DNA of 14,865 nucleotides from a virus (Duplodnaviria; Heunggongvirae; Uroviricota; Caudoviricetes): IMG/VR virus record IMGVR_UViG_2531839179_000012; one strand, 5' to 3'. Shown piece by piece: positions 1 to 6,970 of this stretch (position 1 is its first letter; each line of letters starts with the position of its first letter). The notes under the pieces were generated by a model. It saw only the letters and a program-made list of their open reading frames with translations, ran no database searches and was not told where the DNA came from. The position numbers and the translations under genes were made by a program.

Positions 1-672
1 ACCTGTCCCGCTGTGCAGCGCTCCGGCCAGATAATATTTTTCATTCTGTCCCGGCGTGACCACCCGTTTTTGCTGTCCGCGCAGTTGCCAGTCCGCACCG
101 ATTTTGGGATGAAGATGGATATCCACTTCATCTTCATAAAAGACCGGATGCTCTGCGCTGCATTCGTCCAGTGCTTTATGGATTGCTGCCATCTTTTCAT
201 CTTTATGCGGGTCACGGATACGCAGAGTTGGCGCAGCCCTTCGCCACACAATCCCCGCAGACGGCAACCAGCGGCGAACGGTTCCGGCATTTAACTGGCA
301 ACCGGTTATCTCATTGATTTTTATTGCCAGCAGTTCTGTACTCCAGCGTGAACGCTGGTAGACAAAGTCGCCGGGAGAATGTTTTACCAGCTCACGTAAC
401 AGTGTGCAGATATGCTCAAACGGCCAGCGACGGGCACGCCCGGCAGGTAATGATTTCAGTCCCTCAACACCCGACTGCGTGAACCAGTTAATCCAGCGTC
501 CAACAGAGGAACGGGCGCAGCAGAGCGTTCTGGCAACGTCGCTGACACGGTCGCCCCGGTGCAGCATCAGCATGGCAGTCAGTCTGCGGGCATAATTTTT
601 ATCGTGTGTTTTATGGATGGCTTTCTGCATCAGGCGTCGTTCGTCACGGGAAATTGGTGCTATGATCGGCAT
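1..672 (-). CDS. IS630-family transposase, N-terminal 224 codons; 3' end outside the window
   Basis: Reverse-complement translation from 672 gives MPIIAPISRDERRLMQKAIHKTHDKNYARRLTAMLMLHRGDRVSDVARTLCCARSSVGRWINWF... and stays open to position 1. It matches my recollection of the IS630 (Shigella sonnei) transposase. It is absent from the ORF track because no stop codon falls inside the window. Confidence 0.85.
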   Translation of the reverse strand, partial: MPIIAPISRDERRLMQKAIHKTHDKNYARRLTAMLMLHRGDRVSDVARTLCCARSSVGRWINWFTQSGVEGLKSLPAGRARRWPFEHICTLLRELVKHSPGDFVYQRSRWSTELLAIKINEITGCQLNAGTVRRWLPSAGIVWRRAAPTLRIRDPHKDEKMAAIHKALDECSAEHPVFYEDEVDIHLHPKIGADWQLRGQQKRVVTPGQNEKYYLAGALHSGTG

Positions 673-785
673 TGCTCAGTCCGGTTGGTGATTTGTTTTG
701 ATTTGGCGATTGATCAGATCGCACAATCCGGGCTAAGTTCCCTCAAAGTGATCTACTATTCCGCGCAGCTATTTAGTCTAAAAAC
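1..785 (-). mobile_element. IS630-family insertion sequence, partial; continues past the window start. The inner end near 785 is approximate.
   Basis: Holds the transposase N-terminus (ATG at 670-672 on the minus strand) plus about 100 bp of leader. CTAG sites at 785-788 and TAG at 774-776 are candidate IS630 target junctions (IS630 is known to insert at CTAG and duplicate TA). The exact end is not resolved because the other end lies outside the window. Confidence 0.7.
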
Positions 786-932
786 TAGTATTAAGACTAT
801 CACTTATTTAAGTGATACTGGTTGTCTGGAGATTCAGGGGGCCAGTCTAGGGGATAAATTAGCCATCAGTTAATTCCTCCGCTGATATATGAGGTGTACT
901 GGCAATAGCGGACACTACCATTTGTTCTTTTT

Positions 933-1751
933 TTAAGCAGCCATCTGATGATATTTTTCCCTGAAGGCTGCCGGGGAGATATTCCCCAGACGAGAGTGAC
1001 GACGCTGACGATTGTAGAAAATCTCAATGTATTCCCGTATTACTGAGATGGCTTCATCCCGGTTATTAAAACGATAGTGGCTCAGGCTCTCATTTTTCAG
1101 CGTTCCCCAGAAGCTTTCCATCGGAGCGTTGTCGTAACAGTTACCTTTACGCGACATTGATGTTTTCAGACCAAACTGCTCCTGTATGACCCGGTAATCG
1201 TATGCGCAGTACTGTGAACCTCGATCAGAGTGGTGGATTAGCCCGGCAGGTGGGCGCTGGCTCCTGAGCGCCATAAACAGGGCTTTACCTGTCAGCTCTT
1301 TTGTCATGCGCTCTCCCATGGCGTAGCCGACAATTTCGCACGTATAAACATCTTTGATGCCAGCGAGGTACAACCATCCCTCCTGTGTGGCAACATACGT
1401 CAGGTCCGCCACCCAGACCTGATTTGGTGCTGTAGGAGCGAACGTCTGGTTCAGCAGATTTGGCGCAACTGGCAGATTGTGGTTCGGGTTCGTAGTCGCT
1501 CTGAACTTGCGTTTCTGCTTACAGCGTAGCCTTAGCTCCTTACGAAGACGTGCCAGTCGGTCACGACCAACGATGATGCCATTCTCTGCCAGCTCCGTCT
1601 GGAGCCGCCGGGTTCCATATGTTTCGCGAGTGCGGATATGTGCCACCTTAATCTCCAGTTTTAGCCGCTCATCACTTTGTTTTCTGTCTGAGGGTTCATG
1701 CTGTACCCAGTTGTAATAACCGCTCCTGGATACACCAAATACCTGACACAT
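933..1751 (-). CDS. IS3-family transposase OrfB (DDE integrase-like catalytic domain)
   Basis: 272-aa ORF with the typical IS3-family catalytic signature (...HSDRGSQY..., ...NCYDNAPMESFWGTLKNE...). It is in the -1 frame relative to orfA. It is now cut off from orfA by the IS30 insertion. Confidence 0.85.
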   Translation of the reverse strand: MCQVFGVSRSGYYNWVQHEPSDRKQSDERLKLEIKVAHIRTRETYGTRRLQTELAENGIIVGRDRLARLRKELRLRCKQKRKFRATTNPNHNLPVAPNLLNQTFAPTAPNQVWVADLTYVATQEGWLYLAGIKDVYTCEIVGYAMGERMTKELTGKALFMALRSQRPPAGLIHHSDRGSQYCAYDYRVIQEQFGLKTSMSRKGNCYDNAPMESFWGTLKNESLSHYRFNNRDEAISVIREYIEIFYNRQRRHSRLGNISPAAFREKYHQMAA

Positions 1752-1828
1752 CGCTTCAATGGGAAATTGTTGTCGCCATTGTTCGATTAACGCGTATTTT
1801 TCAGCGACTCCTGTGCAAAATACGCTGT

Positions 1829-3048
1829 TGTAGATTCAATCTGTCAATGCAACACCCCTTTCAATTATCTCTTTCGGTGTTTTGAACTTCAGTGTCTTTC
1901 TCGGTCTGTTGTTTAGCTGAGCAGCAACCAGATCTAGTTCATGTTGAGTATATTGGGCAAGACATGTCTTTTTAGGAAAGTACTGCCGAATTAGCCCATT
2001 TGTGTTCTCATTTGTTCCCCGCTGCCAAGGACTCTGAGGATCGCAGAAGTAAACTTTAACGCCGGTGCTGACAGTAAATTCTAGATGTCTGGCCAGTTCC
2101 ATTCCTCTGTCCCATGTCAGTGATTTTCTGAGTTCTGACGGTAAACTCAGGAATTTGTCGGTAAGAGCCTGATTTACTGAGACAGAATCTTTGCCCCTGA
2201 GTCTAAGGATGATCGTATAACGTGATTTTCGGTCTACAAGTGTGGCTATATGAGAGTTTTTTGTACCTGAGACTAAATCGCCCTCCCAATGCCCCAGAGA
2301 GCGTCTGTTATCGATATTTCGGGAACGTTCGTGAATTGGTGTTCCGTTCACTATGTTAATCGTACCTCTTTCGCCTTTGCGGGTATGACGCCTGCCATGG
2401 CGAAGGCTATGCGACCGTCGCAGATGCTGTATATTCAGGTGGTGTAGCGCTTCACGGCTACGAAAGTACAGCGTTTTATAAATTGTCTCAGGTGATATTC
2501 GCAGCGTTTTTTGACGTGGTTTTGTTCGCCTTAACCATCCTGATATTTGCTCTGGAGACCATTTCATCTCCAGCTTTTCCAGAACAAGCTTTCGCAATGG
2601 TAAATTTTGATCCAGTAAGCACGGTTTTGGCCTTTTCGCCATTCTGTTGGCTCGGTTATTAGCATCAACAGCTTTGTAATAGCGTCTGCCCCGATTACGC
2701 TGAACTTCACGTGAGATCGTCGAAGGACTGCGATTCAGCGCAGTAGCTATCGCACGAATGCTCATTTTGGCTGACAAACCAGCTCGTATCTCCTCGCGCT
2801 CAGACAGTGTCAGGTGAGCTACAGCCCGCTTACGCTCATGGGGTTTTATGCCGCCAGTATCCCTTAACATAGTGAAGATCGTTCCGGGTTTTGAACCCAG
2901 GATATTCGCTATTTCACTGAAGCCTGTTCCGTTCTTCCATAGTTCAAAAACAGAGGCTTTTTCCTCTGCTGTAAATGTTCGTCTCATTCAAAAACCTCCG
3001 CAACCCCATGTTTTCACATAACTGTTGCGTTGACCAATTGAATCTACA
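1829..3048 (-). mobile_element. IS30 insertion sequence, complete, nested inside the IS600-like orfA
   Basis: Ends are tgtagattcaatctgtcaatgcaac (1829-) and the reverse complement of tgtagattcaattggtcaacgcaac (-3048), matching recalled IS30 inverted repeats. Length is 1220 bp as counted, against a recalled 1221 bp. A 2-bp direct repeat GT sits at 1827-1828 and 3049-3050. It encodes the 383-aa IS30 transposase. Confidence 0.9.
1836..2987 (-). CDS. insI: IS30 transposase (383 aa)
   Basis: Full-length ORF MRRTFTAEEKASVFELWKNGTGFSEIANILGSKPG... with an N-terminal HTH and a DDE domain; recognised as the IS30 transposase. The start codon is about 60 bp inside the inverted repeat. Confidence 0.9.
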   Translation of the reverse strand: MRRTFTAEEKASVFELWKNGTGFSEIANILGSKPGTIFTMLRDTGGIKPHERKRAVAHLTLSEREEIRAGLSAKMSIRAIATALNRSPSTISREVQRNRGRRYYKAVDANNRANRMAKRPKPCLLDQNLPLRKLVLEKLEMKWSPEQISGWLRRTKPRQKTLRISPETIYKTLYFRSREALHHLNIQHLRRSHSLRHGRRHTRKGERGTINIVNGTPIHERSRNIDNRRSLGHWEGDLVSGTKNSHIATLVDRKSRYTIILRLRGKDSVSVNQALTDKFLSLPSELRKSLTWDRGMELARHLEFTVSTGVKVYFCDPQSPWQRGTNENTNGLIRQYFPKKTCLAQYTQHELDLVAAQLNNRPRKTLKFKTPKEIIERGVALTD

Positions 3049-3311
3049 GTTGCTTTTTTTAATATATCTCGCTCAAGGCGAGCTTCATTTAACGCCTTAC
3101 GCAGTTGCAGAATTTCAGATTCCAGTTCAGCCACCGTGCGGGAACCAGGAGTACCGAGCCCTTTTCTGGCGGCGGTAACCCATTGTCCTAAAGTGCCTTC
3201 AGGAAGGGATAATCGGGAAGCGCCTTCACTGATCGAAAGTTGATTTTCAAGAACCGTTCTGACAGCTTCGGCTTTGAACTCTTTAGAGTAACGTTGGGTT
3301 TTTCTGCTCAT
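3049..3311 (-). pseudogene. IS3-family OrfA, 5' fragment (87 codons); the remaining 13 codons and stop lie at 1787-1828 on the far side of IS30
   Basis: MSRKTQRYSKEFKAEAVRTVLENQLSISEGASRLSL...LERDILKKA, then the IS30 junction. Removing IS30 and one GT copy in silico restores ...KKATAYFAQESLKNTR-stop. The 107-aa ORF in the track (2988-3311) is a chimera reading into the IS30 end. Confidence 0.8.
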
Positions 3312-3372
3312 TATTAGCTCCTTCTGATGCCATTCTATTTCAGGAAGGAGTGTCCGTTAAACTCAGGCTACC

Positions 3373-3714
3373 TCAATATTTTTCTTTCGCGTAATCAATA
3401 ACCTCTTGTAAAAGGTTGTCTATAATTAACTTTCCGGTTTCAGCCTGGTATTCAGTATGTTGATTAATCCCGATAGCATTCTGGTATGCAGTGCGGATTT
3501 CGGTTTCACCCTCCACTCGGCCCAATTCACCACGGGTAATACCTTCAAAGCGTAACAGCAACTGGTTTATAAACTGTTCTGTTATTTCTATGGTCGTAAT
3601 GTTCCCATCCAGAAGGTCAACAATAAGCAGATCACCACCTGTTTTACGTTTTATTCTATGGAGTGCCGCAACAGCTATACGGCGACGATATGTATTAATG
3701 GGTTCATGTGTCAT
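3373..3714 (-). CDS. Hypothetical protein; the C-terminus is replaced by the IS600-like insertion (the native last 8 codons plus stop lie at 859-889)
   Basis: 113-aa ORF whose stop TGA (3373-3375) is supplied by the IS terminal TGAGG. Joining the flanks across the IS and removing one ATA copy restores ...IDYAKEKYISAEELTDG-stop. The start is 3 nt after the stop of the upstream small ORF. No family recognised. Confidence 0.5.
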   Translation of the reverse strand: MTHEPINTYRRRIAVAALHRIKRKTGGDLLIVDLLDGNITTIEITEQFINQLLLRFEGITRGELGRVEGETEIRTAYQNAIGINQHTEYQAETGKLIIDNLLQEVIDYAKEKY

Positions 3715-3717
3715 TTG

Positions 3718-3831
3718 TTATTTCCCGTATGCTTTACGCAGAAATAAGCAGGCAATATGCATGTAATTTTCACCGTATTGTGCAATAAGGCTGGCGGTCT
3801 TGTGTGATGCCATATTCTTTATAAAAGTCAT
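3718..3831 (-). CDS. Small hypothetical protein (37 aa), tightly coupled to the downstream gene
   Basis: ATG at 3829-3831 on the minus strand, preceded by a strong Shine-Dalgarno GGAGGC 6 nt upstream. Translation MTFIKNMASHKTASLIAQYGENYMHIACLFLRKAYGK. Its stop is 3 nt before the next start. It is below the size cutoff of the ORF track. Confidence 0.35.
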   Translation of the reverse strand: MTFIKNMASHKTASLIAQYGENYMHIACLFLRKAYGK

Positions 3832-3909
3832 AATAAAGCCTCCTGTGGATTAAGGTTGTAACAATCCCCAGCGATAAAACCGCAATAAACGTTCAGGGCA
3901 TATTTGTTG

Positions 3910-4275
3910 TTATTGCGCTAATTCTTTTTCAACAGCGGCTTTTGCATACTCACATGCAAAATTCAGAATTTCACTGCCAAGTGTTTTTGTTTCGTTATTA
4001 CTGGACGTATGTAACACCTGTGTTGCATGCAATAAATGATAAACATTTACCGCAAATGAATCAGGCTCCAGACAAATGCCTTCGTAATTATCTTGCTGTG
4101 AGGTTGTTTCTGTCATTGCTCCTGAAGTGCATGCGAGCCTGTTTTTGACAATTCTCTTTCCTCTAATCACTATATCGGCAACATCTATTGCCTTTACAAC
4201 CTCCGGGAGAAGTTCCTGGTTTGTATAATCAAAGTTATCAACATGGAGAACAGTTATGTTTTCGAACTTTTTCAT
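3910..4275 (-). CDS. Hypothetical protein (121 aa)
   Basis: ORF with a GAGGAAG ribosome-binding site 5 nt upstream of the ATG and a possible -10 TATAAG just upstream. No recognisable domain. AT-rich by visual impression. Confidence 0.5.
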   Translation of the reverse strand: MKKFENITVLHVDNFDYTNQELLPEVVKAIDVADIVIRGKRIVKNRLACTSGAMTETTSQQDNYEGICLEPDSFAVNVYHLLHATQVLHTSSNNETKTLGSEILNFACEYAKAAVEKELAQ

Positions 4276-4351
4276 GGCTTCCTCAGCTGACTTATATGTT
4301 CTGCTATATAGCGAGTCTCAGAAGTGTTTTCATATTGAGACTGTTTCCGCA

Positions 4352-4516
4352 ATGATTGATAAAAATGTTCGCATGTACCTTGAGGGGCGAAGCGGCGATT
4401 ATGTCACCATTGGTATTGGTTCTTCCGTAGAAGAGCTTCGCGAGATAAGGAGCAAACTTGTTGAGATGCGTTATGGTGTTGCTGCTCCTCACTTTTTGGT
4501 TGCACCGGAGGAGTAA
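4352..4516 (+). CDS. Possible small plus-strand ORF (54 aa from the internal ATG; the track gives 4256-4516)
   Basis: The C-terminal half looks protein-like (SGDYVTIGIGSSVEELREIRSKLVEMRYGV) but there is no convincing ribosome-binding site, and it runs against the neighbouring genes. Confidence 0.2.
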   Translation: MIDKNVRMYLEGRSGDYVTIGIGSSVEELREIRSKLVEMRYGVAAPHFLVAPEE

Positions 4517-4544
4517 CCGCGCCAGTTAACAGCCACATCGGATC

Positions 4545-4907
4545 TCAGCCAAGAATATTTGCCAGTGGGATAAGCATACTGATAGTTGGTTCATACTCTC
4601 CGCTCTCCCACTGGATGATGACTTCTTCATCGAGATCGAGCAGCCTGGCGAGTTCGGCGGTTGTTAAGCCGCAGGCTTCGCGTTGGGTGCGAAGACGGTT
4701 GTTGATTGCAGAATTTTTGTTCTGTAAAAGCATTGCTGACGATAGCTTTCTGGATATGCTATTTGTCATATCCCATGCCAGTCCTGCGCATGACTCTATA
4801 TCGCTAGAGAGCGTAGCATCTGGTGTTGCTTTTGCTATTAGTGTAATGAGGCTGCCGAGGTTTTTCAGTTCTTCGAGACAGTCAAGAGTTGTAGCTTTAT
4901 TGATCAT
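4545..4907 (-). CDS. DNA-binding protein with a C-terminal XRE-family (Cro/CI-type) helix-turn-helix and an uncharacterised 65-aa N-terminal domain
   Basis: The C-terminus NNRLRTQREACGLTTAELARLLDLDEEVIIQWESGEYEPTISMLIPLANILG fits the HTH_XRE pattern. It is the first gene leftward of the repressor. It has no arginine-rich N-terminus, so it is not an N-type antiterminator. Confidence 0.55.
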   Translation of the reverse strand: MINKATTLDCLEELKNLGSLITLIAKATPDATLSSDIESCAGLAWDMTNSISRKLSSAMLLQNKNSAINNRLRTQREACGLTTAELARLLDLDEEVIIQWESGEYEPTISMLIPLANILG

Positions 4908-5003
4908 GAGATGATACCCCAGTTACGAACTTTGTTTCATGGTAACTAAGGTATCAAAGCATGGCAAGTAGTTTTTGATACTTTGGTTTCTTTTTGTATC
5001 TGG
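4908..5003. promoter_or_regulatory. Operator or promoter-like repeat region between the repressor stop and the downstream gene (OL-like)
   Basis: Contains TTTCATGG (4935-4942) and TTGATACTTTGG (4975-4986), both also present in the cI-cro intergenic region. Also an inverted repeat GTATCAAA(4951-4958)/TTTGATAC(4974-4981) and a small palindrome AGTTACGAACT. Confidence 0.35.
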
Positions 5004-5660
5004 TCAGAAAATATCCCACCTGGCATCAACCACAACACCTACTATTTCGCAATCATTGTCCATTTCTATGATGGGATATTGTGGATTAAGGGGCTTTAGA
5101 AACGCCTTCCCCATTTCAGAAATATATTTTTTGAATGTTGCTTCATTGGTGGATTTTTTTCTGGCGATGACGTAACACCCTGAAAAAACTTCTTTATCTG
5201 GATTGACAAGGATCGACATTCCTTCAGGAAATGTTATTCCTATAGGCGAAGTCATTGAGTCTCCGTGTACTTCCAGCCAGAAGCCCCTCTCACCAGCGTA
5301 TTTTACAGAATGCCTCCAATTATCCTGATCATACATGTTGTAGTCATCACCTGCAGTTGCGAATAATCCTGCCTGAACCCAGTTAATTACAGGGTAAGAG
5401 TGTGCTGTGTCTCTCTGGGGACAGCTCTTAACATTATTTTCCCAATACTTACCTTTTTCATCTCCGTTCTGAAGCCACTGCGGTGAACACTGCAGTGCCG
5501 CTGCGACTTTAAAAAGCGTGTCACCGTTGAAACTTTTTGTAAGACCTTGCTCGGCTTTACTGATTGCAACTCTGGTGACCCCAGCTTTTTTAGCCAACGC
5601 ATCTTGCGTTAACCCAGCTTTTTGTCGTGCGTTGATGAGGCGTTCACCTAAAGATTTCAT
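5004..5660 (-). CDS. Phage CI-type repressor: N-terminal HTH_XRE plus C-terminal S24 LexA-like self-cleaving peptidase domain (218 aa from the ATG at 5660)
   Basis: N-terminus MKSLGERLINARQKAGLTQDALAKKAGVTRVAISKAEQG (helix-turn-helix). C-terminus ...HGDSMTSPIGITFPEGM...VIARKK...FKKY (Ser-Lys dyad architecture). An AGGAGAAG ribosome-binding site precedes the ATG at 5660. The track's upstream start at 5735 adds 25 unlikely residues. Confidence 0.8.
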   Translation of the reverse strand: MKSLGERLINARQKAGLTQDALAKKAGVTRVAISKAEQGLTKSFNGDTLFKVAAALQCSPQWLQNGDEKGKYWENNVKSCPQRDTAHSYPVINWVQAGLFATAGDDYNMYDQDNWRHSVKYAGERGFWLEVHGDSMTSPIGITFPEGMSILVNPDKEVFSGCYVIARKKSTNEATFKKYISEMGKAFLKPLNPQYPIIEMDNDCEIVGVVVDARWDIF

Positions 5661-5771
5661 TTTTCTTCTCCTTTCATGGCTGCTGATACTAAAGTAACAG
5701 AATGTCTTGATACTTTGGATTCTCATGTTTAACATTCTTGGATAACAGAGTATCCGGTGTGAGGCTAAAGA
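5661..5771. promoter_or_regulatory. Divergent immunity control region (OR-like) with candidate PR and PRM promoters and operator dyads
   Basis: Plus strand: -35 TTGATA (5707-5712), 17-bp spacer, -10 TAACAT (5730-5735). Dyads ATGTTTAACAT (5725-5735) and GGATAacagagTATCC (5739-5754) overlap the predicted start site. Direct repeats TGATACTAAAG and TTGATACTTTGG. Confidence 0.45.
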
Positions 5772-5981
5772 ATGACCCTTTATGAAATATTAAAAACTCA
5801 ATTTAAAACCAATGCCGCTATTGGCCGCAGGTTCCCAAAGAAAGGAAAGCCTCGTGGTAGTCAGGGAGTTGGAAAGTGGAAAACGCGGGGCGTTCCGGAG
5901 GATGTTGCCATTCTCTGCCATCTGGATCCGAACATTCCATATACACATCCAAGCTTAGCGCACACAGAGGATGAGAAGTGA
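5772..5981 (+). CDS. Small early protein in the Cro position (69 aa), called by position only
   Basis: Divergent from the repressor, with GAGG 7 nt upstream of the ATG. The sequence MTLYEILKTQFKTNAAIGRRFPKKGKPRGSQGVGKW... is basic, but I could not recognise a helix-turn-helix with confidence. Confidence 0.35.
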   Translation: MTLYEILKTQFKTNAAIGRRFPKKGKPRGSQGVGKWKTRGVPEDVAILCHLDPNIPYTHPSLAHTEDEK

Positions 5982-6018
5982 TGGTGGTGATATGAGCGAA
6001 AAAATAACTATTAAATAC

Positions 6019-6045
6019 GATGGGGCAACAATTTCGATTGCCCCA
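6019..6045 (-). terminator. Intrinsic terminator-like hairpin, probably serving the minus-strand 97-aa gene before the IS inserted between them
   Basis: Stem GGGGCAA (6022-6028) / TTGCCCC (6038-6044) with a 9-nt loop. On the minus strand it is followed by a T-rich tract (ATCGTATTTAATAGTTATTTTTT). Confidence 0.4.
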
Positions 6046-6054
6046 ATCACATTA

Positions 6055-6970
6055 GGCTGTGTCCCTTAATCATCTGAGCTATAGTAACTGTCTGTTTACA
6101 CAACATATTGAACTATGGCTCGCTACGACCTTCCCGATGAGGCATGGACCATCATCAAGCCCCTGTTACCTCCTGAACCCGCCACACCACGGGCCGGACG
6201 CCCATGGGCTGAGCACCGTAAAATCATCAATGGCATGTTCTGGGTGTTATGTTCCGGTGCACCATGGCGCGATTTACCCGAACGATATGGGTCATGGAAA
6301 ACTGTTTATAACCGCTTTAACCGATGGTCAAAGTCAGGCGTGATTAATATTATTTTCAACAGGTTGCTTTCGCTACTTGATGCAAACGGCTTTATTGACT
6401 GGTCTGCCACCGCGCTGGATGGCAGTAATATCCGGGCGCTGAAATGTGCCGCCGGTGCTCAAAAAAACATCCCGATATCGACGGAGATAATGGGCTGGGT
6501 CGCTCTCGCGGCGGTTTTGGCACCAAAATCCATCTGGCAACAGACGGAAGTGGCCTCCCGTTAAATATCGTGCTAAGCCCCGGACAAGCTCATGAAAGCC
6601 AGTTCGCGCAACGACTTCTGGACGGGATTGGCGTTCAGCGTCAGAACGGCAGCATGAAACGCCGTGGACATGCGGTACTGGCTGATAAAGCGTATTCAGG
6701 GCGCGCATTGCGCAACGAGCTGAAAAATAACGGTATAAAGGCAGTAATCCCCCGAAAGTCAAATGAGAAAATGGCATCGGATGGACGTGCACAGCTTGAT
6801 CGTGATGCGTACTGCAATCGTAATGTCGTTGAACGGTGCTTTGGGCGGCTGAAAGAATATCGCCGCATCGCCACGCGTTACGACAAAACGGCGAGAAATT
6901 ACCTGGCGATGGTGAAACTGGGCTGCATCCGACTCTTTTATCAACGCTTACGTAATTAAGGGACACAGCC
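6055..6970 (+). mobile_element. IS5-family insertion sequence (IS427/IS1031-like), 916 bp, apparently intact
   Basis: Perfect 16-bp terminal inverted repeats GGCTGTGTCCCTTAAT (6055-6070, and reverse-complemented at 6955-6970), flanked by TA on each side (6053-6054 and 6971-6972). Two overlapping transposase ORFs with a slippery heptamer. Confidence 0.8.
6115..6959 (+). CDS. IS5-family transposase, OrfA (6115-6564) with OrfB in the -1 frame (to 6959); a fusion is predicted by -1 frameshifting at A AAA AAC (6462-6468)
   Basis: OrfA MARYDLPDEAWTIIKPLLPPE...WRDLPERYGSWKTVYNRFNRW is typical of IS427-group N-termini. The -1 frame continues ...IHLATDGSG...LADKAYSG...NVVERCFGRLKEYRRIATRYDK (DDE motifs). 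A run of seven A residues (6461-6467) sits in the overlap. Confidence 0.7.

Larger units (their letters stand above)
890..3375 (-). mobile_element. IS3-family insertion sequence (IS600-like), itself interrupted by IS30; about 1264 bp once IS30 and its target duplication are removed
   Basis: Terminal inverted repeats read inward: tgaggtgtactggcaatagcggacactacc at 890 and, reverse-complemented at 3375, tgaggtagcctgagtttaacggacactcc. Both are TG...CA ends as in the IS3 family. Identical 3-bp direct repeats ATA flank it at 887-889 and 3376-3378. OrfA and OrfB are in the expected order and the -1 frame relationship. Confidence 0.8.

Noticed and set aside
13-873. Plus-strand ORFs 13-294, 404-595 and 559-873
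   Set aside because: They are antisense to, or overlap, the clearly recognisable IS630-family transposase and its leader; they have no ribosome-binding sites and low-complexity, Cys/Arg-rich translations.
1477-1716. Plus-strand 79-aa ORF
   Set aside because: Lies entirely within and antisense to the IS3-family OrfB.
2975-3178. Plus-strand 67-aa ORF spanning the IS30 end and orfA
   Set aside because: Crosses the IS30/IS600 junction antisense to orfA; a chimeric artefact.
2988-3311. 107-aa minus-strand ORF taken as an intact gene
   Set aside because: Its last 20 residues are read from the IS30 terminal repeat; the native OrfA is 100 aa and resumes at 1787-1828. Annotated as a disrupted orfA instead.
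3491-3766. Plus-strand 91-aa ORF
   Set aside because: Antisense to the tightly coupled 37-aa and 113-aa genes; Ser/Arg/Pro-rich, with no ribosome-binding site.
4304-4492. Minus-strand 62-aa ORF
   Set aside because: Poor composition and no ribosome-binding site; the plus-strand ORF in the same interval is itself only weakly supported.
4545-4907. N-type antiterminator call for the first leftward gene
   Set aside because: The protein lacks an arginine-rich N-terminal motif and instead has a C-terminal helix-turn-helix; the position alone is not sufficient.
5387-5602. Minus-strand 71-aa ORF inside the repressor gene
   Set aside because: Alternative frame of the CI-type repressor coding region.
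6059-6966. ORFs 6059-6343 (plus) and 6373-6966, 6641-6874, 6759-6944 (minus) inside the IS5-family element
   Set aside because: Alternative-frame or antisense reads of the transposase region; the OrfA/OrfB frames carry the recognisable transposase motifs.
6055-6970. IS1 as the identity of the element with the A AAA AAC frameshift site
   Set aside because: IS1 also uses an A6C frameshift motif, but the terminal repeats (GGCTGTGTCCCTTAAT) and the protein sequence (MARYDLPDEAW..., DDE) are IS5-family, not IS1.
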